This document shows positions 38,586-51,251 of a stretch of DNA of 64,000 nucleotides, one piece after another. Position numbers and translations under genes: made by a program. Numbering within the stretch: the first letter of the stretch is position 1; every line of letters begins with the position of its first letter. Source of the stretch: Ylistrum balloti (lineage: Eukaryota); contig NW_026782069.1 of the NCBI RefSeq assembly GCF_031769215.1, positions 62,001 through 126,000 on the forward strand, given 5' to 3'. The notes beneath the pieces were generated by a model. It saw only the letters and a list, made by a program, of their open reading frames with translations, made no database searches and was not told the DNA's origin.

Positions 38586-39918
38586 TTATGGGAAAACCTT
38601 TGTGACATGGAGCTAAGCTTATCATTGACTGTGTGATTACTCATTATATATATTATATCTACTACTGTATAATATTGGCCTTTTTTATCTCTTGATTCAA
38701 TTATTAAACCATGATGACATTTTGATGGAAGAATCAATAAAAGATGTTTGTCAATTGACAAGATACTTTGATTTCTTCCTGGGGATTTCTATCGGATTAT
38801 AACGATATTCATATGTCATTAGCCTTTATAGGTTCATGGTAGAAATAAATGTCACATTGATGTCGTCTGATCCAGAGAATAATTGAGATGTTACGGTTAT
38901 TTGATAGAAGATACAGTAGATAGGCTGCACATTATAAACATGTGAGTAGTATTAGTCTATTGTTTCTAGCCATGTATTACATTAATATATGTTAATGATG
39001 ATCGTAGGTTTTCGTGTTATGATCTGGAGGCTGTGGTAGATCAGATTGTTGGTCTACATAACCTGAGGATTCGAGGTGTGTGGTTTGACATTCCATATCT
39101 GTGGCAATGTGTATTTCTGAAGACCAGCCTACACTTTCATGATTGTGTCTTTGGCAAGACAATTTACACTAATTGTTCGTGATGACATGTGATGTGCCTT
39201 CCATATGTTGTTCAATGAAGTATCCACCAGCTATTATAAGGAGACTGTTAGACCATTTAATGTGCAAAAGACTATTTCTTAATAACCATAAGTCTATTTG
39301 GCAGCATTTGTGTAGCTTTTGTGGTTCAGTTGTAATACCCCAATGTAGAGGTTAAGAATCTTGTATCAAAGTCTTTGAAGTTTTAAATTACTTTTTAAAG
39401 CAACAAAGAAGAGATATGTCCTAAGATGTTTACGTTTTGAACCAATGAACTTCGGCTTAATTTAGCTCCATAAAATGTCCTTGCTATATGTTTAAGGTTA
39501 TAAAGATCAGATGTCTTTCCACATCTCTCTTTGAAGATATTTTTCACATCTAAAGCTCTTTCCTACCTCTTACTTCTCTATATAAAAGAAAGATATAATA
39601 TCAAACTTAAGTGGCAAATAAGCAAATGTAGAAATGAAATCAACTTCACACTTTTTTAATCACTTTCTTTCTTTCTTTACTTTATTATTTCTATATGTAA
39701 ATGTGTCTGCATGAGTAGTATGGGTGTAAACAAAATTAAAAATAATTAATCTTGCTTCAATAAGGATGTTGATACAAATTTTTCTGAAGTTTCTTGGACA
39801 ACATGCTGTCGTCAATGAAGCAGAAGAAGCTTATTCTTTAGGAACACCTGGTCATATTCTTTTACTTTTACTGGGAGGTCCTTGTAAAGCTTTCTTTAAT
39901 TCTTATTTTACCCCAGTG

Positions 39919-40830
39919 TTTAGCTCAACTGGCTCGATGGGCCAAGTGAGCTACAGGGATACTGCAGCATCTTATGTCTGTCATGAACTATCAACAAATC
40001 ATAGCTAGTAATGAATGATTGAGTGAATTTGCCCAAATTTACTCTGCATTATCTGAGAAGGAAGGGAAACAAACTTTTTATAAATGGAGGGTCTCGGTTA
40101 GGGGTGAAGGACAGGCCCCAGTGGGGGAAGTATTTATAATTCTTAAAAATCCTATTCCTCATGTAGGAATGATTGTATTGAGGCCATATTTGGTCTGAAT
40201 TAGCATTCTTTGGTGAAGGGGAGACAATTTTGTATAAATGTTGGGTCTCAGACCCTTAGGGTAGGTGGGGCAGGGCTCAATAGGGGAAATAGAGTATATT
40301 CTTTACGATCCTACTTATTCTGTAGGAATTATTTGATTTGCTTATAGTTGGTCTGAAGTATTCTTTGGTGAAAGGAAATCACTTTTGTTCAAAATTTGGG
40401 TGTTGACCCTCTGGGGCAGGAGGGGCAGGGCCCAAGAGTGGGAAACAGACCAAATACTTTAAATCATTCATCTTACGTGAAAATGCCTTATTTCTGTCTG
40501 AATTAGTTCTGAAGTAGGCTTAGGTGTAGGGGATCTGATTTTTGGCCCCCTAGGACAGGAAAGTTGGAGCCCAATAGTTGAAATAGAGCAATTCCTTAAA
40601 ATTCTCTTTGTGTTTGAATGATTGAATTTTGTCCAGATTTGATCTGAAACATCCTTGGATAAAGAGAACTTAGTTTTGTATGAACAGTTCATGTAACTTC
40701 CTTGGGGAGGAGGAGCACGGCCTGATAACAGATAGATACAAGTGTTTTACATACTTTTCCTTTAGTTTAATTCAATCAATGTTGGCAAACTAAACCAGAT
40801 GAGGGACACAGGCCCTATAGGCCTCTTGTA
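39919..40830 (+). mobile_element. Non-autonomous Helentron-associated (HINE-like) element with ~5 internal ~150-160 bp repeats
   Basis: 5' tttagctcaactggctcgatgggccaagtgagct (subterminal hairpin). Diverged internal repeats are marked by atttggtctgaa at ~40030, 40190, 40346, 40490 and 40637. The 3' end is gagggacacAGGCCctatAGGCCTcttgt (hairpin plus cttgt). The family assignment is recalled bivalve HINE architecture. Confidence 0.75.
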
Positions 40831-42889
40831 TTGAAGTTTGGATTATGACTTTGTTTATATGTTTGTGTTTTCTTTTTTGATTTTATTGATTTGAAATAAA
40901 AAAAAAAAAGAAAAGAAAGAGAAACAAAAATTAGCATCAATGGAATTTCTTCAGGGAAAACTAATTCAGAGAAAAAATAAAAATAAAAAGTAGCAATTCA
41001 TGACAAATTTCCACAAACTGCATTCCTATTTAAAGTGGAATGTCTCATCCAAACATGAAGAAGATTTACTTTAAACATTTATGTTTTTATATAATAGGAT
41101 TCAGGATTTTGTTTGCTGTTTTGGCCTATTTACTTGTATTACAAGAAAATGAGAAAATGGAAACCAAAGAACATAGTGATGAAGGTTCTGTGTGGCCACA
41201 CTTCACTGTCCCTGTAGTGTTAATGGCTATTAATATCTACCCTCTAGATTCTCATATATATTTTATATACAAGGTGTAATGATTTCATATAATACTGTCA
41301 CTCCATTGATAGAAAACCAATCCTTTGATACGATTTCTATCCAAATATCCAAATTAATATCAGCGGCTCGTGCCAATGATTTCACACTCGACTTCAGTTT
41401 CAAATGATACCTGCTGTTTTGGCCTAAGTACAGCGTTCAGACCTATTTCATTAACTCATTCACCCATTGGTCGGTATTTGAATTTGCTAGTTTTATGCGG
41501 GTGGGTTTTGAACAGTTACCTACTTTGTATTTTTGTAGAGCTTTAGTGTGATGATATATGTTGTCGTAATATTCTATTACTGTTCTGTAATAGGTCAATA
41601 AGCATTATGCCACGCTTATTTTCAATAACTATTCACAAACTGCTTTTACAGAAGCATGGTTAACCTTAGATATCAAAAATAGAACATGAAAATAAAAACT
41701 TTATAAAAGTTTTGTTGTACAGGATTTTATCTATTGATGCCTTATCTAGTTTACAGTTTCGTGATAAGGATGTACAAATTTAATCCTAAATTACATTTAT
41801 TTTTTAAAGTTTGAAAACGAGGTTATCTAATACCAGTGCTACCACTTTTTACATACAAAGTCAAACATATGACCTTCCTTATGTTTTCTTATTTGTTGTG
41901 ATTGTATCATAAAATTTTAATACAATGTAATAGTGTTTTCTATTATGAAGTATTATTTTCAATTCTCACATTTAATTCTTTATCGTTGTGTATAAAAGTA
42001 TCAATATTTAAAAAAAAAAAGGAAGGATAAATATTTTGTTTAGCCACAGTAAGCTAACCACAGCACCCAGCTGTCAAGTACTCTCAATATTATTCATTGC
42101 TTATATTCAACAGCCATTCATTGATAGGACTAATAAACTAATGGAATCTTTTTACCTGGAATGGCTGTACATCTTATATAACCAATGTCAAAATAACCTT
42201 AATTTAGTGTGGAATGCTTTCAGAATCACCCATCAAATGTACTTTAAGAGACACAAATTTGATTTTCTTTATCATGTGGAAAATGGATATTTGGTTTTCA
42301 TAGAAATTTAAAAAGAAAATGAATATTTGCTTTGTATTCATTATAATCAGTTTACAATGCTTGGTTTTTTTTTACGAGCTATAGAATGATTTTATAGACA
42401 GCTGTAATGTCTGTTGCGGAATTTAGTATGTTTATCTTATTAAAATTGGCTAAAAATGTCAATCCGTGTATACGCCACGTCAGCCATGAATTACTTTGTA
42501 GAACACAAGTACACATTATCCTGACAGGTTGCAATCATTTGGTTAGGATGTTAAACAGAATGTACCTATGTCTGTTCTATCAGTTAATAGTACTGTCTGT
42601 GGGCGCGCTACAATATTTTTATTTCAACTATTTCATCAGAACTTTTGAGTACTGGTTTTCACACATTTTTAGTGAGCTGTTATCTCCTGGTATTTCATTC
42701 TCATCAGAGATCCATGCTTCTGTAGTTCACTGATATTCAAGCTCTTGGCTCAGGTATTTCAGTCGTCAGAGATCTGAAAGGGATGAGGCTGCAATAGCTT
42801 TGAGGGTAGATTGATATTAGACTAATACAATGCCAGATGAAAGGATAAGATGAGCTGTTCTACCCCCCCAAAAAAAACCCTGGGATTGG

Positions 42890-43077
42890 GTAGTAGAGGG
42901 TGGAGAGGAAGGGAGAGGGAGGATTAATGTGTTGGGGGAGTAGACAGTTGGGATAGACTGGGGCAGTCAGGTGAGGGATTAGTGGGGTGGAGGAGGAGGG
43001 AGTGGGAAATGGAGGAATATGGATGGGGGAGTAGGGGTGGGGGAGTCAGGGATTGGGGGGTCGGGGTGGGGGGGGTC
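42890..43077 (+). other. G-skewed purine-rich tract with G-quadruplex potential
   Basis: About 190 bp with more than 12 GGG runs, ending gggattggggggtcggggtggggggggg. Confidence 0.55.
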
Positions 43078-43207
43078 CTCAAGTTCTCAAGTTATGTTTC
43101 TCAAGAAGCATAGATCTGTAACCATCCTTTGCTAATTGTTTTGGATGGCATCAGTGAGGTAAGCACCACTCTGTTACTATGTGGAAACGGTGCATAAAAC
43201 TGACAAC

Positions 43208-43610
43208 TGACCCCTGGCTGATGTAGCCACCCTGTCTAAGAATGACCCTGGCTGAGGTAGTCACAAATCTGTTACAACCAGGAAACACTGCCTAAGAATG
43301 ACCCTAGCTGATGTAGCCACCCTGTCTAAGAATGACCCTGGCTGAGGTAGTCACAAATCTGTTACAACCAGGAAACCCTGTCTAAGAATGACCCTAGCTG
43401 ATGTAGCCACCCTGTCTAAGAATGACCCTAGCTGATGTAGCCACCCTGTCTAAGAATGACCCTGGCTGAGGTAGTCACAAATCTGTTACTTCCAGGAAAC
43501 CCTGTCTAAGAGTGACCTTGACTGAGGTAGCCACCCTGTCTAAGAATCTGTTACTACCAGGAAACACTGTCTAAGAATGACCCTGGCTGTTACATGGAGA
43601 TAAACCAAGC
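43208..43610. repeat. Composite tandem repeat of 34-bp and 56-bp units
   Basis: Unit A aagaatgaccct(g/a)gctgatgtagccaccctgtct; unit B aagaatgaccctggctgaggtagtcacaaatctgttacaaccaggaaac(a/c)ctg(c/t)ct. Order is approximately A-B-A-B-A-A-B. Confidence 0.92.
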
Positions 43611-44018
43611 AAACATACTTACAGACCAGAACCTGTGCTTACAGACTGCCATGAATCAGGCAAACTAGGTCAAATACATGACTGGATCATGACAGGTACT
43701 GATCTGTTACAGAACTAAGAGAAAAACATCAGAGCCAAAACACAAGGTACATAAGTAAAACCAGACCCTATGTAATGTGAAAATTATAGCCATGTTTTCT
43801 GTGTGTACAAGAGAAGGAAGTTGTTAGCAGGATCCTGGATCTGTACCTACCGTGGGTGAGACCTGAGGATCTGACATTTGTAAAGTCATGTCTGATATTT
43901 CAGGAGCGTGCCCCTAAATGTCAGTCACTGAAACACCAAACAGTCTGATTTTTAATACACATGTTGTCTGTGGTTGTTGGGTAAATACTGTATTTTTAAA
44001 CCTTGTATATCTATTTTA

Positions 44019-46070
44019 GCTACCTACTACATAGGTCCGTTACCTACAGAAGCTACCTATACCTACTACATAGGTCACATTACCTGCAGAAGGAGCTACC
44101 TATACCTACTACATAGGTCACATTACCTACAGAAGGATCTACCTATACCTACTACATAGGTCACATTACCTGCAGAAGGAGCTACCTATACCTACTACAT
44201 AGGTCACATTACCTACAGAAGGATCTACCTATACCTACTACATAGGTCACATTACCTACAGAAGGATCTACCTATACCTACTACATAGGTCACATTACCT
44301 ACAGAAGGATCTACCTATACCTACTACATAGGTCACATTACCTACAGGAGGAGCTACCTATACCTACTACATAGGTCACATTACCTACAGAAGCTACCTA
44401 AACCTACTACATAGGTCACATTACCTACAGAAGCTACCTATACCTACTACATAGGTCACATTACCTACAGAAGGATCTACCTATACCTACTACATAGGTC
44501 ACATTACCTACAGAAGCTACCTATACCTACTACATAGGTCACATTACCTACAGAAGGATCTACCTATACCTACTACATAGGTCACATTACCTACAGAAGG
44601 ATCTACCTATACCTACTACATAGGTCACATTACCTACAGAAGCTACCTAAACCTACTACATAGGTCACATTACCTACAGAAGGATCTACCTATACCTACT
44701 ACATAGGTCACATTACCTGCAGAAGGAGCTACCTATACCTACTACATAGGTCACATTACCTACAGAAGGATCTACCTATACCTACTACATAGGTCACATT
44801 ACCTACAGAAGGATCTACCTATACCTACTACATAGGTCACATTACCTGCAGAAGGATCTACCTATACCTACTACATAGGTCACATTACCTACAGAAGGAT
44901 CTACCTATACCTACTACATAGGTCACATTACCTACAGAAGCTACCTAAACCTACTACATAGGTCACATTACCTACAGAAGGATCTACCTAAACCTACTAC
45001 ATAGGTCACATTACCTACAGAAAGAGCTACCTATACCTACTACGTAGGTCACATTACCTACAGAAGCTACCTAAACCTACTACATAGGTCACATTACCTA
45101 CAGAAGGATCTACCTATACCTACTACATAGGTCACATTACCTACAGAAGGATCTACCTATACCTACTACATAGGTCACATTACCTACAGAAGGATCTACC
45201 TATACCTACTACATAGGTCACATTACCTGCAGAAGGATCTACTAAACCTACTACATAGGTCACATTACCTACAGAAGCTACCTAAACCTACTACATAGGT
45301 CACATTACCTACAGAAGGAGCTACCTATACCTACTACATAGGTCACATTACCTACAGAAGGATCTAGCTATACCTACTACATAGGTCACATTACCTACAG
45401 AAGCTACCTATACCTACTACATAGGTCACATTACCTACAGAAGGAGCTACCTATACCTACTACATAGGTCACATTACCTACAGAAGGATCTACTAAACCT
45501 ACTACATAGGTCACATTACCTACAGAAGCTACCTAAACCTACTACATAGGTCACATTACCTTCAGAAGGAGCTACCTATACCTACTACATAGGTCACATT
45601 ACCTACAGAAGGATCTACCTATACCTACTACATAGGTCCGTTACCTACAGAAGCTACCTATACCTACTACATAGGTCACATTACCTACAGAAGGAGCTAC
45701 CTATACCTACTACATAGGTCACATTACCTACAGAAGCTACCTAAACCTACTACATAGGTCACATTACCTACAGAAGCTACCTATACCTACTACATAGGTC
45801 CGTTACCTACAGAAGGATCTACCTATACCTACTACATAGGTCACATTACCTACAGAAGCTACCTATACCTACTACATAGGTCACATTACCTTCAGAAGGA
45901 TCTACTAAACCTACTACATAGGTCACATTACCTACAGAAGCTACCTATACCTACTACATAGGTCACATTACCTACAGAAGCTACCTATACCTACTACATA
46001 GGTCACATTACCTACAGAAAGAGCTACCTATACCTACTACATAGGTCACATTACCTACAGAAAGAGCTAC
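44019..46070. repeat. 40/43-bp minisatellite, ~48 copies
   Basis: Monomer acctatacctactacataggtcacattacctacagaag(gat/gag/-)ct, with short (gaagct) and long (gaaggatct, gaaggagct) forms. Confidence 0.98.
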
Positions 46071-46554
46071 CCTGTGTTTTATTGGGTAGGGATGTTACAT
46101 TGTTTCTTAACACCTATTATAAAACATAGGTATCATGTCACCCTGTAGTGAACAGAAGCTGTTGTAGTGTGTTCTGTTGGGACAGGGATGCTACATTGTT
46201 AGATAGTAGGATAATAACATCACTAAGGAAGGTTAACAAATCTATTATCTAATGTACAGCCCAAAAGATACCAGTTACATGTCGTATTTCTTCACTGCAG
46301 GGTGTATGACATATTTCATTTTTGTTTTTATTTTTTAGTATGTAAAATTTCCCTCCAAAACTTTTGAAAAAAATGGCCAGCTTTTTGAAAATTGGGTGTT
46401 CAGAATCAGGAATCTCTCTCTGAAATGGGGAAGGTTGGCAGGTCTACTTATAATCATAATAGGGTTGTTTAGTGAAGTCATATTTCTGAAATGTTCAACT
46501 TCAGAAAAAAATTAGAATTTTTAAACAAAAGCAATTGAAATCTAAGTATTCTAC

Positions 46555-46830
46555 TGTCATTAACCTTTACTACCATATTAGGGCATCAATGGATACTGTT
46601 GCTGTACTATCATTAACCTTTACTACCATATTAGGGCATCAATGGATACTGTTATTGTACTATCATAAACCTTTACTACCATATTAGGGCATCAATGGAT
46701 ACTGTTGCTGTACTATCATTAACCTTTACTACCATATTAGGGCATCAATGGATACTGTTGCTGTACTATCATTAACCTTTACTACCATATTAGGGCATCA
46801 ATGGATACTGTTATTGTACTATCATAAACC
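46555..46830. repeat. 53-bp tandem repeat, ~5 copies
   Basis: Monomer cattaacctttactaccatattagggcatcaatggatactgttgctgtactat; two variants in the order A,B,A,A,B. Confidence 0.95.
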
Positions 46831-47639
46831 AGTAGTGTTGGAGACAGTTTTATTTGAATTGATTCTGTACTCCATACTATTGAGTTCATCCACTGAAAGG
46901 TCAAAAGGTTATATAAGTGGACATAAAATCTGTTAAATAAATATATAAAACATAGCAATGAGAATTTCTTTCAATTTCAACATTATGAAATAAGGAAAAA
47001 ATTCATATGTTGGGCACTGAAATGGTTCAACTATCTGTTATTATTAACACTGCAGACTGAAGCGTTTGTTGTCCTTATGTAATCTTTTATTTACTTGACA
47101 GTGAAAAAATAGCTTAATGAATTATGAAAACGGAATTGAACACCTGTTTTAAAAATGTATGTTTATTTATTGATTAACAAATTTAAAACATATTAATGAA
47201 AACATGAAAATCAGAACAAACAATGATTATGATAATGAAGTATGGTAATAATTTATTGTGCGATTGTGGTTGTGTTTGTTTCCTTTCTTTGTTGATAAGA
47301 TTTTAACGTATAATGACAAATGAATACCTGTAGATAGTTTTATACAATATCATCATTAATCATTCATCAATCTTTCCTGTTACTTTGTCACTAAATTAAA
47401 CTGTTAATACATTGAATTGTATACAAGGTACCTGTACGACACGTATATAAATCACCTGTTTATGATAATACTCAGGTGTTCCATTTAATTGTTAATGTAG
47501 ACTGCATGTATTTATTGTGTTTACCAATCACCTGCATCAAATTTGAAGGTAAATTTCCTGGCTTGTCCCATAGGTTTTGATTTGTGTGAAGATGTCACTC
47601 TCACAAAGAAAAGTGTGTGTCTGTATATCATATAAGCCA

Positions 47640-48236
47640 CTAGAGTTTTGGAATAGACCATATTCTGCCCCATCTCTACACAGATATATCATGACTATTT
47701 CTTAAACAAACATTACTCCACCCCATGACACCTAGATAAGAAGATTTCTTAAACAAACCATAGACCATTTAGTCTATCTATATATAGATAATGCAGTTTA
47801 TTTTTTGAAATGACTACTGTCCATCTCTGTGATAGATAAATAAGTAGATTTCAGGAACAGACCATACTCTTTTCAATGATAAGTTATAGATATATAAACC
47901 TGTATATTCTAAACTAGAAAAAGTTTTGGAACAGACCATAGTCCCATCTAATCTTTAAAACTATATATGTCATGAAACACTAGATTTTTGGTTCAGACTA
48001 TCATCCATCTATCTGCACACTTATTATACACCAGTAGATTTCTGGAACAGATCATAGTCCTTCTTCGTGATAGTAATAGATATGTACACCAGTTTGTCCT
48101 TGTAAGGACTGTTATTATGAGCTATCTGCACACTTATTATACACCGGTAGATTTCTGGAACAGACCATAGTCCTTCTTCATGATAGTAATAGATATGTAC
48201 ACCAGTTTGTCCTTGTAAGGACTGTTATTATGAGCT
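47640..48236. repeat. Old eroded tandem repeat ending in a young 114-bp duplication
   Basis: Core tagatttctggaacagaccatagtcc recurs at ~47641, 47740, 47846, 47915, 47981, 48034 and 48148. Segments 48008-48121 and 48122-48236 are nearly identical. Confidence 0.8.
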
Positions 48237-48649
48237 TGTACGTTTAAATTGTCAGTCTCTATTAATAGCCTCGGTCCCTTTAAATCATTACCTGTATGTT
48301 TACACTGCGACAGCTTTGCCAGGTGAACTTGACTACGCAGGTAAATCAACTAGATCATCGGGTCATCAACTCCAGGTAATGCTTCATTCCGGTAACACAT
48401 CAAAGTCCAATCTTAATTCAATCAACCTGTTTGTAAAATATTTTGGGAATTAATTCATTAGAGTGTTGTGTTTGTCAGACTAATTAAGGAAACCCTAATT
48501 AATGGTAGTATCTGCTTTGTTGAAAGACTTGGAATGATTTATGATAGTTAACATTAAGTAATTTATTTGACTTTGTATATAAGAATTAAAGACGTCACTG
48601 ACCACCCATCTGTGTATTGAGGAACAGAATAATATAGACATTCTCGCTG

Positions 48650-48700
48650 AGTGCCTGTACGTGAATCGAACCCATGTCTCTGGTGTGATAATTCCTGGCT
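48650..48700 (-). pseudogene. tRNA-like / SINE remnant (T-arm only)
   Basis: Minus strand cagagacatgggttcgattcacgtacaggcac contains a B-box GGTTCGATTC; no complete cloverleaf. Confidence 0.3.
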
Positions 48701-49137
48701 CTGAACCAGAGAATCTGATCTGTAACAGAGAATGTATAAACCACACTGAACCTCTCCTTGTGAATATATTTATATATATCTATACTTAGCAAATATATAT
48801 ATATGGTTTTTTTTCTTAACTTGGGAAACTTTTTTTTGTACAATTATTTGGTCCTTAATAACACCTTTCTTTGTACATGGCAAGGTAAAAGTTATACCAA
48901 TTAACGATGGTATGAGAAGCAAGTAATTAATTAAATATGGCACCTCCAACACTTCCTATTATTCAGAGTGCTAATTTACTAGGTAGATAATGAGTCATGT
49001 TAAAAAAAGTTACAGAATGTAAGGATTTCCACTACAGACCGGTTACGACACAAGATGTTTAACAACCAGTAGATCCTTGTGAAGCAGATGTGGACATTGT
49101 TCTTAAGGTTATACATGATAAAAGGGTAGGAAGTCAT

Positions 49138-49400
49138 TTGTATAGAGGACAGGGGTCTGGGGACCATCTGTATAGAGGAAAGAGGGGCTGGGGGCCATTT
49201 ACATAGAGGAATGGGGGCTGGGGGCCATCTATATAGAGGAAAGGGGGGCTGGGACCATCTGTATAGAGGACAGGGGGCTGGAACTATCTGTATAGAAGAA
49301 AAGGGGCGGAAGCCATCTGTATAGAGGAAAGGGGGGCTGGGGGCCATCTGTATAGAGGAAAGGGGGGCTGGGGGCCATCTGTATAGAGGATAGGAGTCTA
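49138..49400. repeat. 31-bp G-rich minisatellite, ~8-9 copies
   Basis: Monomer tgtatagaggaaaggggggctgggggccatc; eroded copies continue to ~49490. Confidence 0.93.
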
Positions 49401-49665
49401 AGTAGCATCTGTATAGATGGTGGTCTTGGGGCCATTTGTTAATAGGATAGAGGACTGTGGATCATTTGTATAGAGGATAGGGGGCTGCATCGATGTGAGT
49501 TTTGAGGTGTGAGTCTTGTTGGTGAAACATTGATGTGAGTTTTGAGGTGTGAGTCTTGTTTTGTGTAGACATGTCAGAGTATAGCTACCTGTACTAAGTA
49601 TTGTGACTTCTGTGTTCATGTAATATTGATCTTTTTCAATTGTGGTACAATCTAACCTTAAACAG

Positions 49666-49692
49666 ATCCCAATCACCTGGCATACCTTTCAG
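49666..49692 (+). CDS. Candidate 27-nt symmetric micro-exon
   Basis: tctaaccttaaacag|ATCCCAATCACCTGGCATACCTTTCAG|gtaagt: CTAAC branch-like motif, perfect donor, all frames open. It lies inside a CAGGT motif cluster, so it may be incidental. Confidence 0.2.
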
Positions 49693-50262
49693 GTAAGTTA
49701 TACGTGTAGGTATCATGTACCTGGCTATACCTGGCAGGGGAATTAAATGTGATTCACCTGTATGTGCTACCTGTACACATTACCTCCTATCAGAAACGTT
49801 AAACTGGTTCAAACTGTCATATTATATGTCAGAGTACATACGACAATCTAAATTTCTGTAAATTATGCACTGGAATGACCTAGATAGCATAATTCTCTTG
49901 ATTTGTAACTCTATATATACATTTCAGCTCCATACATTATGGAATTTTGACTTCCAAAGGCCATGATTTTGCTTTCTAAAAAACTGAAAATCAAGGATAA
50001 TCTCAAAAATTTTGATTTCAGTAAAAGTCTGTGTTAAACTTGTAGATTAGTACCATAGGACATTGTATATACTGGCAGGAAAACTGCATGCGTAAACTGT
50101 TCAATGTATTACTCCGTTATATTAATCAAAGCTTGAACCTCTCCGTCATTTACACTGGTCAGTGCAGGAGTTGCAGGAGTTGTATGTCTGTCTGGCCCAC
50201 GTCTTCGCTTTTACATTCTTTTTCGGTCAGCAACATTATTTTGAAAACAACTTTCATACCCT

Positions 50263-51251
50263 ATGCCAAGGTAAAATGAAACTGACAAATGATGCGCCAT
50301 AGGCATGATCGAAGCTGATGTATGTCATAAGGACATTACCAGACAATTTGGTGTGCACCAAAATACTGTAGACACCTTGTGGAGACCATATCAACAGTCT
50401 GGGACCACCAGAGACCCGCCTCGGTCAGGACATCCATGCTTAACTTCTAATTGCCAGGATATATATATCCGGATTGTTCACCTTCATGAACAACTCAGAA
50501 CTGCTTCTTTGACAGCTAGAAGTATTCCTGGCCCCAAATGGTACATAAGCGATCGCTTGAATGAGGCAGACGTCCACGATGTCCAGGCATACGTCCTGTT
50601 CTCTAGCAACGTCATCGTGTAGCACATTTAGCCAGGTGTAGATGATGCATACATTTTACGCAGCAGGCTTGGGCACATGTTCTTTTAATGGTTGAGTCCA
50701 GGTTTCATCTGGACTGCAACAATGCTCGTTTGAGATTGTACTGTCGTGTTGGTGAATGCTTCCATAACAACTGTGTAATTCAACATCCCATTTGGCAGAG
50801 GTAGTGTCATGGTGTGTGTTAGCATCTCATTCCATGGCAGAACAGCTTTTGTGGTTATGGACGGTACATTTACAGGCAACAGATACTGTGACGAAATTAT
50901 CTAGCCTCACGTCCTTCCATGTGTGCAGCAACATAACACAATGCAGCAACAGGATAATGCTCGCCGGCACCTTGCACAAGCTGTCACCTACTTCTTGATC
51001 CGGAATAATATGAATCTGCTGATCTGGTCTTCAATGTCATCAGATGTGTTACCTATAGAACACATATGGGATGAGTACAGCGTCACTTACGTCACCTCTA
51101 AAATCAGGCGTTGACGTTACATGACCTGTCACATGTGCCTGTGAGAATATGAAATGGTATTCCTAAGGCATATTTCAGCACCCTTGTTGCATCGATGAGG
51201 CGTCATTGTTGAGCAAGCATCAATTCCATTGGTGGACATCCATGGTATTGA
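50263..51251 (+). pseudogene. Decayed Tc1/mariner (DD34E-type) transposase
   Basis: With stops and frameshifts it reads MPR...AIGMIEA...FGVHQNTV..LW..YQQSGTTRDPPRSGHP..T...QD.YIR..HL...RTASLTARSIPG...VESRF...FGRGSVMV..SIS.HGRT...G.FTGNRYCDEII.PHVLP...QQDNARRH...IEHIWDE...GGH..Y*. These are the paired-like HTH, GRPR-like, DES, QDN and IEH motifs of Tc1 transposases. Confidence 0.93.

Noticed and set aside
46420-46446. gaaggttggcaggtct resembling a MITE right terminus
   Set aside because: No matching inverted left end (agacctgccaacc) found upstream.
47640-48236. CRISPR-like look: conserved ~26-bp core with variable spacers
   Set aside because: Eukaryotic context, no cas genes, cores are degenerate, spacers are related to each other and irregular in length. 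It is an eroded tandem repeat.
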